A stretch of 53,624 nucleotides of DNA from Parcubacteria group bacterium GW2011_GWA2_42_14 (lineage in GTDB: Bacteria; Patescibacteriota; Minisyncoccia; Sungbacterales; GWA2-42-14): the NCBI GenBank assembly GCA_000998135.1, contig LCCV01000006.1:1-53624 (forward strand). Reading direction: 5' to 3'. The notes below the pieces were generated by a model that saw only the letters and a list, made by a program, of their open reading frames with translations, made no database searches and had not been told where the DNA came from. Positions 27,657-37,786 of the stretch are shown in pieces. Both the position numbers and the translations under genes were made by a program. Within the stretch, counting starts at the first letter, position 1. Each line of letters begins with the position of its first letter.

Positions 27657-29207
27657 TTATTTCTCCCAACTGAAAATTTCCCGAATCAAGTTCCTGAAAT
27701 CAATATTGCTTTGACGGGCGTTTTCCACGTCATTGACGAACTCAAGGGATTTCAAAACCAACCCTAATGGCAAAACCATCTCCAGGCGATGCTTCCAATC
27801 CGCGGAATTGGCGCTGGCCAAGGGCCCGTATTCATTACCAAAGTAGTAAAGCCCCAGCATTCTCTTTAATAGTTTAAGGCGGTCAACGGCGTTCATAACA
27901 TCAACCTGTCCCCGGTATCTTTCCCAAAGCACGCGCGCCTTTTCTTCTTTAGACGCCTCAACTTTTTCATCCGGCTTCTTACCGGACTTGAACGCAAGAA
28001 TAATCAAAAAGGCGCCGGCGCAAACACCAATAATTCCCAGCCACCAGGGAACGAACTCCGACAATCCTTGTTCGCCTTTGTCCGAACTAATGACAGAAAC
28101 CGCGTTGGGAATTCCGTTAACAGTAATTTGGCTCTTCGGCGACAAAGGCGACACCAAAATTCGCGCTTCGGGAATAATACCTTCCAGCCGGTTCTTATTA
28201 TCTTCAACATTTCCCGCGATATTGTAGTAATAGCGAAGTAGCGGCAGAATAAATTCGCCCGAGCGCAAAATCCTGAATTTGTATTCAACAGTGTCCACCA
28301 CTTCACCTGTCGCCAATTTTTCTACAGCCGCCTTATATGTGCGGTCCCCTTCAAAACGGCGAAGGTTCTGGGGTAATCCCTGGGGTAACCAAGTCCTAAG
28401 AAGTTTGGTATTGATAGAAAGGTCATCGAAACTCACCTTGATATCCGGCGCCCTGAAAAACTTAACGCGATAACAAAAAACCCCTGTTGCCACTATGTTT
28501 CCCGCGCCGGCGCCGTTCAAACATTCGGCCTCCACCCTGGCTTCCGCCCGAATCGGAGATTTTACCCGAATAAATTCAACTCTTGAAGAAAGTACGCGAA
28601 ATTCGTTTTCTGGAGCAAACACAATCGCCCACAAAAATACATTCTTGCCCGATTTAACCGTAGGACGCGCCGTAGTCGTATTTGTTCCTTCGTTAAAATC
28701 CGTAATCTCCAAATTCATTGCCGCCATTAATTTTATAATCTCTTCTTTGGGGAAAAATTTTTTCCATTGAATGCGGATAACGCCAGAAAGGGCGAATGGA
28801 CCTTCCGGAAATTCAAAAACCGAAGAAGCAAACGGAACTTTTGCCGAAACCTCGTTCCAGCGAGCCAAAACCGCGTCAATCGTCAACGGGGTTTTAAGGT
28901 ACCGGAAACGGATAAAATCCGGCTTTTCATAAAGCGTATCGATTTTTTCCAGTCCAAACCGGACCTCAAGCGTTCTTTGCAAATCAGTTCTGGCCGCTTC
29001 ATCCAGCCCGCCAAAATAAACAACCAAAAAATTTTTATCAACTAACGGCAGTATATCCTGCAATTCTCCATTTATAACTCTCTTAATATTCTCACGGCTA
29101 AAAATCGGGAATTTTAGTTCTTCTGCCCAAACCGGCCCCGAACGGATAAATCCCGCTAAACACGAAAAAAAACCAATAAATATGACAACCTTAACCAAAA
29201 TTTTCAT
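27657..29207 (-). CDS. Secreted/membrane protein, BatD-like position
   Basis: Signal peptide, YKFRILRSGEFILP beta motif, C-terminal TM plus helical tail. Confidence 0.6.
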   Translation of the reverse strand: MKILVKVVIFIGFFSCLAGFIRSGPVWAEELKFPIFSRENIKRVINGELQDILPLVDKNFLVVYFGGLDEAARTDLQRTLEVRFGLEKIDTLYEKPDFIRFRYLKTPLTIDAVLARWNEVSAKVPFASSVFEFPEGPFALSGVIRIQWKKFFPKEEIIKLMAAMNLEITDFNEGTNTTTARPTVKSGKNVFLWAIVFAPENEFRVLSSRVEFIRVKSPIRAEARVEAECLNGAGAGNIVATGVFCYRVKFFRAPDIKVSFDDLSINTKLLRTWLPQGLPQNLRRFEGDRTYKAAVEKLATGEVVDTVEYKFRILRSGEFILPLLRYYYNIAGNVEDNKNRLEGIIPEARILVSPLSPKSQITVNGIPNAVSVISSDKGEQGLSEFVPWWLGIIGVCAGAFLIILAFKSGKKPDEKVEASKEEKARVLWERYRGQVDVMNAVDRLKLLKRMLGLYYFGNEYGPLASANSADWKHRLEMVLPLGLVLKSLEFVNDVENARQSNIDFRNLIREIFSWEK

Positions 29208-29322
29208 TGAATCATCCCCGTTTATTATTTGTCAAAGACCGCTTTTTATTGTCTTAACTGGTAGCAGAAAAAAGGACGGATGTCAACCCCTCGTTATAAA
29301 AAAGCGTCCGTTTAAGGACGCC

Positions 29323-30267
29323 TTACGTTCTTTTGATTTTTTGCAAAAGAAAATGAATCGGAACCAAAACATTGTCAGGGCTTGTTATTTTTGTAAAAAG
29401 GATGGCCGAATTACGGCACTGAACCTCAAATTCTTCAAGTTGTGCCGTGATCCTTTTTTCAATGACCTTTTTTTGCTTGTAAGAACCTCCGGAAAGCAAA
29501 AAGGTTTTTCCGTTTTCCGCGTCAAAAACAGCAAGCTCGCCAATATCGGGAATTTTTTCCTCGGCCGGATCGCGTATCGCAATCGCAAATATGGCAAATT
29601 CCGCCACTCTTAAATCTCGAAAAACACGGCCATATTCTTCCGGCGCAATAAAATCAGAAATAAGAACCAAATTTGCTTTAGTTGTTTCGCGTTCTAAAAG
29701 ATTCCTTAAATCTTCGGCAAATGCCCGGGGCGCGCGGCTATTTCGCTGTAAAATATTTTTTCTTACAGCAAAAATTTCTTTGGCAAGTTCTTTGACCCTT
29801 TCTTCATATTCTTTACGCCACTCTTTAATGGTCAGACGCAAATGCTCGGGCTGTAAATCCCTTTGCCCAACCGATGGGTCCGGCAGGTCAGCCCAATCAA
29901 TAAACCGAACCGGTCCGTCATGGACAAAAATTGAAGCTAAGCTCCATGCCGCAAGCAGGGCCGAATCAAGTTTATCTCCAAAATACATCGTTTTTGCCAT
30001 ATTAATAACGACATAAGCTGGGCGAATTTCTTCATCGTAATATAACCGCACGAGTTTTCGTTTATCCGGCTCCTGAGCCGAAAGTTCAAAATCAATATCG
30101 GAAAAGGCATGGATGGCCGGGTCATATTCGGCTATGCCGCTTGTTTGATACCCGGAGCCGACAAAAGGGCTCGGGTGTCGGCCGCGAAAAAGCATATCAG
30201 CCGCTAAAATCGGCAGTTTCATTTCCAAAATTAGAAGTTTTTCTTCAAACTCCTTTTCAGTAAGCAT
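29323..30267 (-). CDS. DUF58 domain protein
   Basis: GRHPSPFVGSG..EYDP..IDF, LVLISDF, IRDPAEEKIPDIG..FDAENG; directly after moxR. Confidence 0.85.
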   Translation of the reverse strand: MLTEKEFEEKLLILEMKLPILAADMLFRGRHPSPFVGSGYQTSGIAEYDPAIHAFSDIDFELSAQEPDKRKLVRLYYDEEIRPAYVVINMAKTMYFGDKLDSALLAAWSLASIFVHDGPVRFIDWADLPDPSVGQRDLQPEHLRLTIKEWRKEYEERVKELAKEIFAVRKNILQRNSRAPRAFAEDLRNLLERETTKANLVLISDFIAPEEYGRVFRDLRVAEFAIFAIAIRDPAEEKIPDIGELAVFDAENGKTFLLSGGSYKQKKVIEKRITAQLEEFEVQCRNSAILFTKITSPDNVLVPIHFLLQKIKRT

Positions 30268-30275
30268 CTATTGTC

Positions 30276-31472
30276 TTACCACTCAACATTTTCAACAATG
30301 TGCTCCATAATCAGGCGCCGCATTATATATTCGCCCCCGAAATCATGCGCCAGAAGTTTTGCCGTAGGAGTCAGCCAAATGCGATGCGCCAAAACATCTA
30401 CCGCAATCTTTTGAACATCTTTTGGCAAAACCCGAAGTTCACTTCTGTTTTCCTTTTTATGAGCAAGGAAAGACGCGGCCTTAGAAATATTTTCAAGAAA
30501 CAAGGGTCCTCTGGGCGAAGAACCATTGGAAATAAGTTCTTCCAGCCCGTATTTTTCGGCAAATTTCGTTTCTTTCCAAATATATTCCCAATTCGGCCTA
30601 AATTCTTTTTCGCTCTTTAATGCCCGTTTCCTTTCGTCAAAAGAATGGGATTTGGAAGGATTGTGCGTGGCCCTTGTCAAATTAGTGATATAGGTGCGCA
30701 TGTCATCGGAAACAACGGCTTCTTCATAAATGAATTTCCTGCGAAACTGCAGATTTTCAATGGTTGACACCGGTTCTACCGTCATTTTGTCAAATTTCTT
30801 ATTTCGCGCCACAATCTCTTTTAAATCATCGGAAGAATAATCCGGCATTTTGGGCGCCATTCCGAATCGGTCAAGCTGGGCTTCAGGAAGCGGTTTTACG
30901 CCTTTTTGTTCAAGAGGATTTTGGGTGGCATAAAGCTGAAATGGATCAGGAAGCTGTTTCGTATTCTTTCTGCGGTCTTCGTCTTTTTCTCCGGGAATAG
31001 CGTAAGTTACAGTGCCCTCGCCCATAGCTTCAAGAAACGCGGATTGAGTATCTTCATCGGCGCGGTTAATTTCATCAACCAAAACAACATTGGCCCAAAT
31101 AGGTCCGTAATCAATATACCATTCATCATTGATAATGCGGGCGCCTCCCAAAACCTTGGATGCCCTAAGATCGGGGTTGCACTGAATGCGGCTGAATCTG
31201 CCACCGGTTAAATCTGCCATAATCTTGGCCCTAAGCGTTTTACCCGTGCCGGGAACTTCGTTAAGAAATACCGGAGGGCATGGTCCGAGCATAATCCTTT
31301 CTTTATAAGAATCAGCGCCGGATTTAGACATCCGGGGGGCAACAGCCAAACGGCACATTTGCAACCGGGCTATTTCTCCTGAATCGCCAACCACAAACTC
31401 ACGGATTTTTTCAAATTCCTTATCGGTGATAGCCAGATATTTTTCCAAATCCAGCCGAACATTTTCATCCAT
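30276..31472 (-). CDS. moxR: MoxR-family AAA+ ATPase
   Basis: PGTGKT, RIQCNPDL, LVDEINRA, FLEAMGE, ATQNPLEQ..PLPEAQLDRF, GSSPR, VLAHR. Confidence 0.93.
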   Translation of the reverse strand: MDENVRLDLEKYLAITDKEFEKIREFVVGDSGEIARLQMCRLAVAPRMSKSGADSYKERIMLGPCPPVFLNEVPGTGKTLRAKIMADLTGGRFSRIQCNPDLRASKVLGGARIINDEWYIDYGPIWANVVLVDEINRADEDTQSAFLEAMGEGTVTYAIPGEKDEDRRKNTKQLPDPFQLYATQNPLEQKGVKPLPEAQLDRFGMAPKMPDYSSDDLKEIVARNKKFDKMTVEPVSTIENLQFRRKFIYEEAVVSDDMRTYITNLTRATHNPSKSHSFDERKRALKSEKEFRPNWEYIWKETKFAEKYGLEELISNGSSPRGPLFLENISKAASFLAHKKENRSELRVLPKDVQKIAVDVLAHRIWLTPTAKLLAHDFGGEYIMRRLIMEHIVENVEW

Positions 31473-31568
31473 TGTTTTTTCTCCTTTCCTTGTCCTCCGG
31501 AGCCCTGGCAGAGGAGGATGTGGCTGTCTGCCTTTGGCAGATTAAGCCGTTTTTTGTTAAACCGGAAC

Positions 31569-32516
31569 TTAATATTGACCAATACAAGAAGGAAAATAAA
31601 AGCCATTGAAAATATCTTTAGCGGCTCTCTTGGCCGAACTTGCCAAACTCTCCGATTTAGAAAGTTCCACGGTAAAAAAAGAGGTTTCTTTTTCCAAACG
31701 GCCATAATTAATAATTTTCAGCCAATCCCTGCCGTTTTTTGAATTATATTCCAAAACGGCCCGGTTCCATATCGGAGAAATAATACCCACAAGTTCTTTA
31801 GGAAATTCAATAATTTCCAATCGGACAACGGGGTAAACTTCGCTTGCGCTAAAACGGAGATTATAAGAGTCCTTCAATTCTTTGAAAAGAAGGGAAATAA
31901 AAGCATCCGCTTTAATAGGAAATTTATTAAAGTATTCCGGCGTTAAACGGCTATTAGTCCCAGTAGCCCCCTTTAATTTCTTAGCGTCTTCGGACGGCGC
32001 TTCCGACCTGGAAACACAACTAATACCGGTTAGGCCGGATACTGTTTTATTTTTCATTTCAGCCAATATTTTTTCAGAATCAATAATCTTGCGCCAACCC
32101 GGAACATCTTCTTTCGCCAGACGCAGATAGTAAAAACCCGTGTATGCCGGTCTTACGCGCCCTTCCGAATCTTCATCCAAATAAGCGCGGACGGACAAAT
32201 ACAAAGCATTTTTGCTTTCTTCTGTTTCCGCGGAAAAAAAACGATGTTGCGATTCCCGGAAATATTTTTTCAGCGCGTCAGGATAAGTTTCTATGCGGAA
32301 TAATGTAATTATTCTTGATTGCGTATCGGATACAGTTATTACTTCAATTTTTTCCTTAACAAGGATAAAACCGGCTTTTTTCATAAAGAACTCAATATTT
32401 TTAACCGCGTAACCGTGGAATTCCCTATTATAGGTCAAGAAAGGCGAAGATTCAGCGATTTTACAAAATCCTGATATAAATAGGCCCAAAGCAAGAATAA
32501 ACCAAATTCTCCTCAT
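31569..32516 (-). CDS. Secreted hypothetical protein (paralog of 32625-33530)
   Basis: Signal peptide; shared motifs YPDxLKKYF, GxxCxSR, FxELK, AAKxIF..Y.PSC. Confidence 0.75.
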   Translation of the reverse strand: MRRIWFILALGLFISGFCKIAESSPFLTYNREFHGYAVKNIEFFMKKAGFILVKEKIEVITVSDTQSRIITLFRIETYPDALKKYFRESQHRFFSAETEESKNALYLSVRAYLDEDSEGRVRPAYTGFYYLRLAKEDVPGWRKIIDSEKILAEMKNKTVSGLTGISCVSRSEAPSEDAKKLKGATGTNSRLTPEYFNKFPIKADAFISLLFKELKDSYNLRFSASEVYPVVRLEIIEFPKELVGIISPIWNRAVLEYNSKNGRDWLKIINYGRLEKETSFFTVELSKSESLASSAKRAAKDIFNGFYFPSCIGQY

Positions 32517-32624
32517 TATTTATTGCCTTTCCGGCAAATTTACAAAGAACTTATTATCTAAATAAGTACATAAAAAAAGACCGCTTGTCAACCCTGTTAT
32601 AGGTTTAAGGCGGTCCCGATATAA

Positions 32625-33530
32625 CTACATCATATCATAATATTGCGGACAACTGGGGGCATAAAGACTAATAAAAATATTCTTAGCGGCTTCGGCCGCT
32701 TTTTTCCCCAATGATTCGCGGCCGTCAAACGTAACAATTACCATGCTATTTTGATTTCCGTAATATCGGTCTGTACGGCTTATAAAAACTTTTTCGGTAC
32801 GGTCAAACTGCTTGTTTTCAAGCAAAAAAAAGACGCTATTCGGTTCCGGCAAAAGAAGCGAAAGCTCGACGGGAAAACCAAAAACTCGCATCTCCATAAA
32901 CGGAAAACGTTCAGTAACAGTGTATCTTAACCCATAATATTTAAGCTCCCTAAAAAAAAGAGTGATAAATTCATCAACGTCATAAGGAAAATTACGAACC
33001 CGCAAGAATAAAGAATTTTCTCCTTCGTTTTTTCTGGCGAATCCGCCGTAACGCGACCGGCAATCAAGACCATAAAGCGCCAAAATCAATTCAGCTTTCG
33101 CTTCCCTAACCAGTTCCCCAATATCAAAATAATAAAAATCTTTTTTGTCTATATGCTTGAAAAAAGAAAGGCGTTCAGCCGGCTTCCCGTCTTTTATCGT
33201 TTTAACGGAAAACACGACGGTACTGTCAAGTTCCAGCAATTGAAGCGTAAAACCTTGAGGAACCGGCTCTCCAAAATATTTTTTGAGAGAATCGGGATAC
33301 TTTTTTATCCGTATTTCAACACTAACCCCTTGTCCATTGCCATCCGTTATTTCTTTGGAAATTCCGGTATCAAGCGCGAAACCGGCTCTTCGCAAATCTC
33401 CGGTAATCCGCTTTACAAAATCGCCATAGGCGGTTTTATATTCGTATTTGGAAAAAGAAGCCGCATCGGCAACAAAACTAAACACAAAATATGTTAAGAC
33501 AAAACAACTGGCCGCCAGAACCTTTTTCAT
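32625..33530 (-). CDS. Secreted hypothetical protein (paralog of 31569-32516)
   Basis: Signal peptide ending ADA; same shared motifs. Confidence 0.75.
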   Translation of the reverse strand: MKKVLAASCFVLTYFVFSFVADAASFSKYEYKTAYGDFVKRITGDLRRAGFALDTGISKEITDGNGQGVSVEIRIKKYPDSLKKYFGEPVPQGFTLQLLELDSTVVFSVKTIKDGKPAERLSFFKHIDKKDFYYFDIGELVREAKAELILALYGLDCRSRYGGFARKNEGENSLFLRVRNFPYDVDEFITLFFRELKYYGLRYTVTERFPFMEMRVFGFPVELSLLLPEPNSVFFLLENKQFDRTEKVFISRTDRYYGNQNSMVIVTFDGRESLGKKAAEAAKNIFISLYAPSCPQYYDMM

Positions 33531-33647
33531 AAAACATCCTCTTTAAAAATTGCAAAGAACTGATTAATTTAAAAAGTGGACCAAAAAAGCAAAATTGTCA
33601 ACCCCACCGTTTGCAATTAAAAACGAAACCTACTATAGTTCGCGGTA

Positions 33648-34520
33648 ATGTCTGACATTAGCACAATATATGCCAAAGACAAAAATTTCCCCAAATTATT
33701 AAAGGAAATTCACTTGCCACCCCAATTATTATATGTAAGAGGCGTATTGAAGGCCGAGGAACATTGTCTTGCCGTTGTCGGCACAAGAAAACCGACAAGA
33801 TACGGCATTGAGGCAACGGAAAAAATAATCAGAGAATTAGCCAAACTCTCCAATCTTACGATTGTAAGCGGACTGGCAACCGGAATAGATACCGCAACGC
33901 ACCTTGGGGCGCTAAAAAATAATTTGAGAACCATTGCGGTACTCGGCACGGGGGTTGACTCAAAAACAATATTTCCTCCGCAAAATAAAAATTTGGCCGA
34001 GAAAATTATTCAAGCGGGCGGAGCGGTTATTTCGGAATATCCGGAAGGCGCGCCGGGACTTGCCCATCATTTCCCGGAAAGAAACAGAATAATATCGGGG
34101 CTGTCTTTAGGCACCTTGATTATTGAAGCCAAAGAAAAATCCGGCGCTTTAATTACCGCGCGCCTGTCTCTTGAACAAAACCGCGAGGTATTCTGCCTAC
34201 CCGGCTCAATTTTTTCCTCCAACTCATTCGGGCCGCATCTTTTTATAAAAAAGGGGGCGAAATTAGTCACTTCAGCGGAAGATATTGTTGAAGAACTAAA
34301 CCTGCCCAATCTTTTAGAAATCAGAAAAGAAAAACTAGAAATTCTTTTAACCAAAGAGGAAAAGTTTATTTTGGATGCAATATCAAACGAGCCCTTAACC
34401 GTCGACGAAATAAAAGAAAAAACGCAGTTTTCAACATCCGGTATTCTTTCAACTTTATCTATGTTAGAATTAAAAGGGTTGGTTAAAAGAGGAGATAATG
34501 GACAATGGATTGGATTATAA
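33648..34520 (+). CDS. dprA: DNA-processing protein DprA
   Basis: AVVGTR, IVSGLATGID, FPERNRIISGLS, EAKEKSGALITA, C-terminal winged helix. Confidence 0.96.
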   Translation: MSDISTIYAKDKNFPKLLKEIHLPPQLLYVRGVLKAEEHCLAVVGTRKPTRYGIEATEKIIRELAKLSNLTIVSGLATGIDTATHLGALKNNLRTIAVLGTGVDSKTIFPPQNKNLAEKIIQAGGAVISEYPEGAPGLAHHFPERNRIISGLSLGTLIIEAKEKSGALITARLSLEQNREVFCLPGSIFSSNSFGPHLFIKKGAKLVTSAEDIVEELNLPNLLEIRKEKLEILLTKEEKFILDAISNEPLTVDEIKEKTQFSTSGILSTLSMLELKGLVKRGDNGQWIGL

Positions 34521-34628
34521 AATCCCAAATCCCAATACCAAAATCACAAATAAATTCAAATATCAAAAGTTTTTGATAATTTAAATTTTGAAATTATTTG
34601 GAATTTGGGATTTTGAAATTTGGATTTT
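34520..34628. repeat. 7-nt-period degenerate inverted repeat
   Basis: AAATCCC-type units followed by TTTGG(A/G)A-type units. Confidence 0.75.
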
Positions 34629-34643
34629 CTTTAATCCTAAATT

Positions 34644-36776
34644 ATGTCAAAAAGTTTGGTTATAGTCGAATCTCCAACAAAGGCAAAAACGATATCCAGA
34701 TTTCTGGGGGGCGATTTTATAATTGAATCCAGTTACGGCCATATACGCGATCTTCCGGCCTATAAATTGGGGGTTGATGTTGAAAAAGATTTTGAACCGC
34801 AATACGTAATTTCAAGAAAATCTCAGCCGAAAGTAAAAAAACTTAAAGAAGAATCTGAAAAAGCGGATAAAATTATACTTGCTACCGATGAAGACAGGGA
34901 AGGAGAAGCGATTGCGTGGCATTTAGTCCACGCGCTTGGCCTTAATAAGCCAACAGCCAACAAACCGCACGAGCGCATTGTATTCCACGAAATCACTAAA
35001 AAAGCCATAGAAGAGGCTCTTAAAAACCCGCGCCCCATTGATGAAAAACTTGTAAACGCCCAGCAGGCGCGGCGCATCCTTGACCGCCTGGTCGGTTATC
35101 AACTCTCCCCGTTTTTATGGAAAAAAATTACCAGAGGCCTTTCTGCCGGCAGAGTGCAATCAATAGCGGTACGCCTGATAGTTGAACGCGAAAGAGAAAT
35201 AAAGAAATTTAACGCGGAGGAATACTGGTCAATTGAAGCCCTGCTTCAATCGCAGGAACTTGCGCGGACAGGTACAGAGACAGACGCGGACAACTCTTTT
35301 CCCGCCGCATTGATAAAAATCGGGGATAAAACTCTTGATAAATTTGCCATAAAAAATGAAGCCGATGCTACAAAAGTTATTGAAGATATCAGTGATTCGC
35401 AGTGGAAAATTTCATCCGTTGAAAAAAGAGCCGTAACCAAAAAACCCTCTCCGCCGTTTACCACAAGCACCCTCCAGCAAGAAGCCTGGCGGCGCCTTCG
35501 GTTCTCCGCCAAACAAACAATGCTTATAGCCCAACAGCTTTATGAAGGCATTGAATTAGGAGAAGGTCCGGTCGGGCTAATTACTTATATGCGAACCGAT
35601 TCTATGAATTTATCAGAAGATTCGCTCAAGGGGGCAAAAGAATATATTGAAACTATTTTAGGAAAAAAATACAATTTGCCGGTACCCGCGCGTTTCAAAA
35701 CAAAATCAAAAGGAGCGCAGGAGGCCCACGAAGCAATACGCCCGACAGACCCGCAAAAAAATCCCGAAGTAATAAAATCATATTTAAACAAAAACCAATA
35801 TCGGCTCTATGATTTAATTTGGAGAAGATTTATCGCAACGCAAATGCCCGATGCCATTTTAAATTCTACAACCGCCGATATTGAAACAACAAAGGACGGT
35901 ATCGAGCCGCATATCTTCCGAGCCCACGGACAAACAATGCAATTTGACGGCTTTCTTAAAATTTATCCCTTAAAGATTGAAGAGGTTATACTGCCGGAAC
36001 TTCAAAAAGGAGAAAAATTGGATTTAAAAGAAGTAAAACCGTTCCAGCATTTTACCGAACCGCCTCCGAGATTCACCGAGGCCTCACTGGTAAAAATTTT
36101 GGAAAAATTCGGAATCGGCCGACCCTCAACATACGCGCCGATTATGTCAACGATTCAGGACCGCGGATATGTCATAAAAAATCAGGAAAAAAGATTTGAA
36201 CCGACGGATATCGGCTATGTAGTCAATGATATGCTGGTAGAACACTTTCCGGTAATTGTTGACGTACAATTTACGGCCAAAATGGAGGAGGAATTGGATG
36301 AAATTGCCGATGGCAAAAAAGAATGGAGGCCGGTTATTAAAGAATTTTACGAACCTTTTGCCAAAAATCTTTCAGAAAAAATGGAAGAAGTTATAAAACA
36401 AGTGCCCGAAGAAACTACCAGTGAAATTTGCGAGAAATGCGGGAAACCCATGATAGTCAGATTCGGCCGGTTCGGAAAATTTTTGGCCTGTTCCGGCTTC
36501 CCCGAATGTAAAACTACAAAATCCCTGAAAGCGCGCGAAGCCGCGCAAACTCTTGATATGGCCTGCCCCAAATGCGTTGAAGGACAAGTAATTATTAAAA
36601 AAACCCGCCGGGGAAAAATATTTTTCGGATGTTCGCGCTACCCCAATTGCAACTTTGCCTCGTGGGGAAAACCCATCGGAGAAAAATGCCCAAAATGCAG
36701 CCACCCACTGATTGAGGATACTAAGGGAGGGGTAAAATGCAACAGTAAAGAGTGTGATTATAAAATGAAAAAGTAA
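34644..36776 (+). CDS. topA: DNA topoisomerase I
   Basis: IVESPTKAKTI, ATDEDREGEAI, SAGRVQS, ITYMRTDS, GIGRPSTY, C-terminal Zn ribbons. Confidence 0.98.
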   Translation: MSKSLVIVESPTKAKTISRFLGGDFIIESSYGHIRDLPAYKLGVDVEKDFEPQYVISRKSQPKVKKLKEESEKADKIILATDEDREGEAIAWHLVHALGLNKPTANKPHERIVFHEITKKAIEEALKNPRPIDEKLVNAQQARRILDRLVGYQLSPFLWKKITRGLSAGRVQSIAVRLIVEREREIKKFNAEEYWSIEALLQSQELARTGTETDADNSFPAALIKIGDKTLDKFAIKNEADATKVIEDISDSQWKISSVEKRAVTKKPSPPFTTSTLQQEAWRRLRFSAKQTMLIAQQLYEGIELGEGPVGLITYMRTDSMNLSEDSLKGAKEYIETILGKKYNLPVPARFKTKSKGAQEAHEAIRPTDPQKNPEVIKSYLNKNQYRLYDLIWRRFIATQMPDAILNSTTADIETTKDGIEPHIFRAHGQTMQFDGFLKIYPLKIEEVILPELQKGEKLDLKEVKPFQHFTEPPPRFTEASLVKILEKFGIGRPSTYAPIMSTIQDRGYVIKNQEKRFEPTDIGYVVNDMLVEHFPVIVDVQFTAKMEEELDEIADGKKEWRPVIKEFYEPFAKNLSEKMEEVIKQVPEETTSEICEKCGKPMIVRFGRFGKFLACSGFPECKTTKSLKAREAAQTLDMACPKCVEGQVIIKKTRRGKIFFGCSRYPNCNFASWGKPIGEKCPKCSHPLIEDTKGGVKCNSKECDYKMKK

Positions 36777-36847
36777 TGCAAACAATACAGCAAAATTGTT
36801 CATTCCCGAAATTAGAACTAAAAAAACCGAGCATGGCCCGGTTTTAA

Positions 36848-37258
36848 TTATTTTGCCGAAGAACGGTTAAAATCCCGAAATTCTTCCCTGGCAAATAAAA
36901 GCGCCTTATTTAAAAACTGATTCGCTTCGCCCCCCAGCGGTTCAAGCCGCTCTAACCATATCCTTTCTACTCCTTCGGACAATTTATATTCTTTAAATTC
37001 CGGACTAACCGTAATTATACATCCTATCCAGCATAAGGCCGATAAAAATCCGGAAAGCTCCGGAGATTCGGGATATGCTCCATCCCAGTTGAAACTAAGG
37101 TTTTCAAAGAACTTTGGCTTTCCCTCGGTTTCCGGCATCTTTTTCAAACGGTAAAACAAAAGATGCCACGGCCTTAAAGAAAGAAAAGAAAACTTCACAT
37201 CATTTCTCTGCATTAAAAGTATAAGAAACCTTACGAACTCGCCCAGCGAAAGTTCCAT
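36848..37258 (-). CDS. Hypothetical protein
   Basis: 136 aa with AGGAG RBS; FNWDGAYPESPEL motif. Confidence 0.65.
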   Translation of the reverse strand: MELSLGEFVRFLILLMQRNDVKFSFLSLRPWHLLFYRLKKMPETEGKPKFFENLSFNWDGAYPESPELSGFLSALCWIGCIITVSPEFKEYKLSEGVERIWLERLEPLGGEANQFLNKALLFAREEFRDFNRSSAK

Positions 37259-37346
37259 TTTCCGCCCTTCTCCTTTTTTAACTCTTCAACAAAGATACCA
37301 AATCTGACAAAAAAATCAACAAAAAAGGAACGAAACCGCTTCCATA

Positions 37347-37622
37347 TTATTTACTTTCTTTACCTTCATTCAAAATATAGGATAACCATAAGACCGCCGG
37401 CACAATAATGATTGCAGCCAATACAGCATATAAAAGCCCAAAAACGACTGTAAAAGCGACTTCTTGAGACACATTATGAAACATTAACGGACCTTCTTTA
37501 AAATATTTTAAAACACTCGCGCCCGACCCGCCCGGCAAAAATAGCGAATATTCAAGCACGGCCAATACGGCCAAACCGAGCAAAAGAAAAGCAAGAGCAA
37601 AACAAAGTTTCAAGGTCCTCAT
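37347..37622 (-). CDS. Small two-TM membrane protein
   Basis: Two hydrophobic segments; own TTGACA promoter at 37696-37691. Confidence 0.65.
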   Translation of the reverse strand: MRTLKLCFALAFLLLGLAVLAVLEYSLFLPGGSGASVLKYFKEGPLMFHNVSQEVAFTVVFGLLYAVLAAIIIVPAVLWLSYILNEGKESK

Positions 37623-37720
37623 ACCTGGCCTTTTTTCCTTAAATTTTTTAAAGAACCCTGCTTTTTATTAGTAGCAAAAGTATCGTTTAGTGTCAACCTC
37701 AAAAATGCTTTCATTTTCTG

Positions 37721-37746
37721 TTCCCTTATTCGCGCGAATAAGGGAA
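37721..37746. repeat. Perfect 26-bp palindrome (same family as 19741-19758)
   Basis: TTCCCTTATTCGCGCGAATAAGGGAA. Confidence 0.8.
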
Positions 37747-37786
37747 TAAGAAAAAATTAAAAAAGCCGCAAAGTTTTCCGCGGCTG

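Noticed and set aside
36372-36803. Antisense ORFs within topA and other long genes
   Set aside because: Shadow frames of well-supported genes
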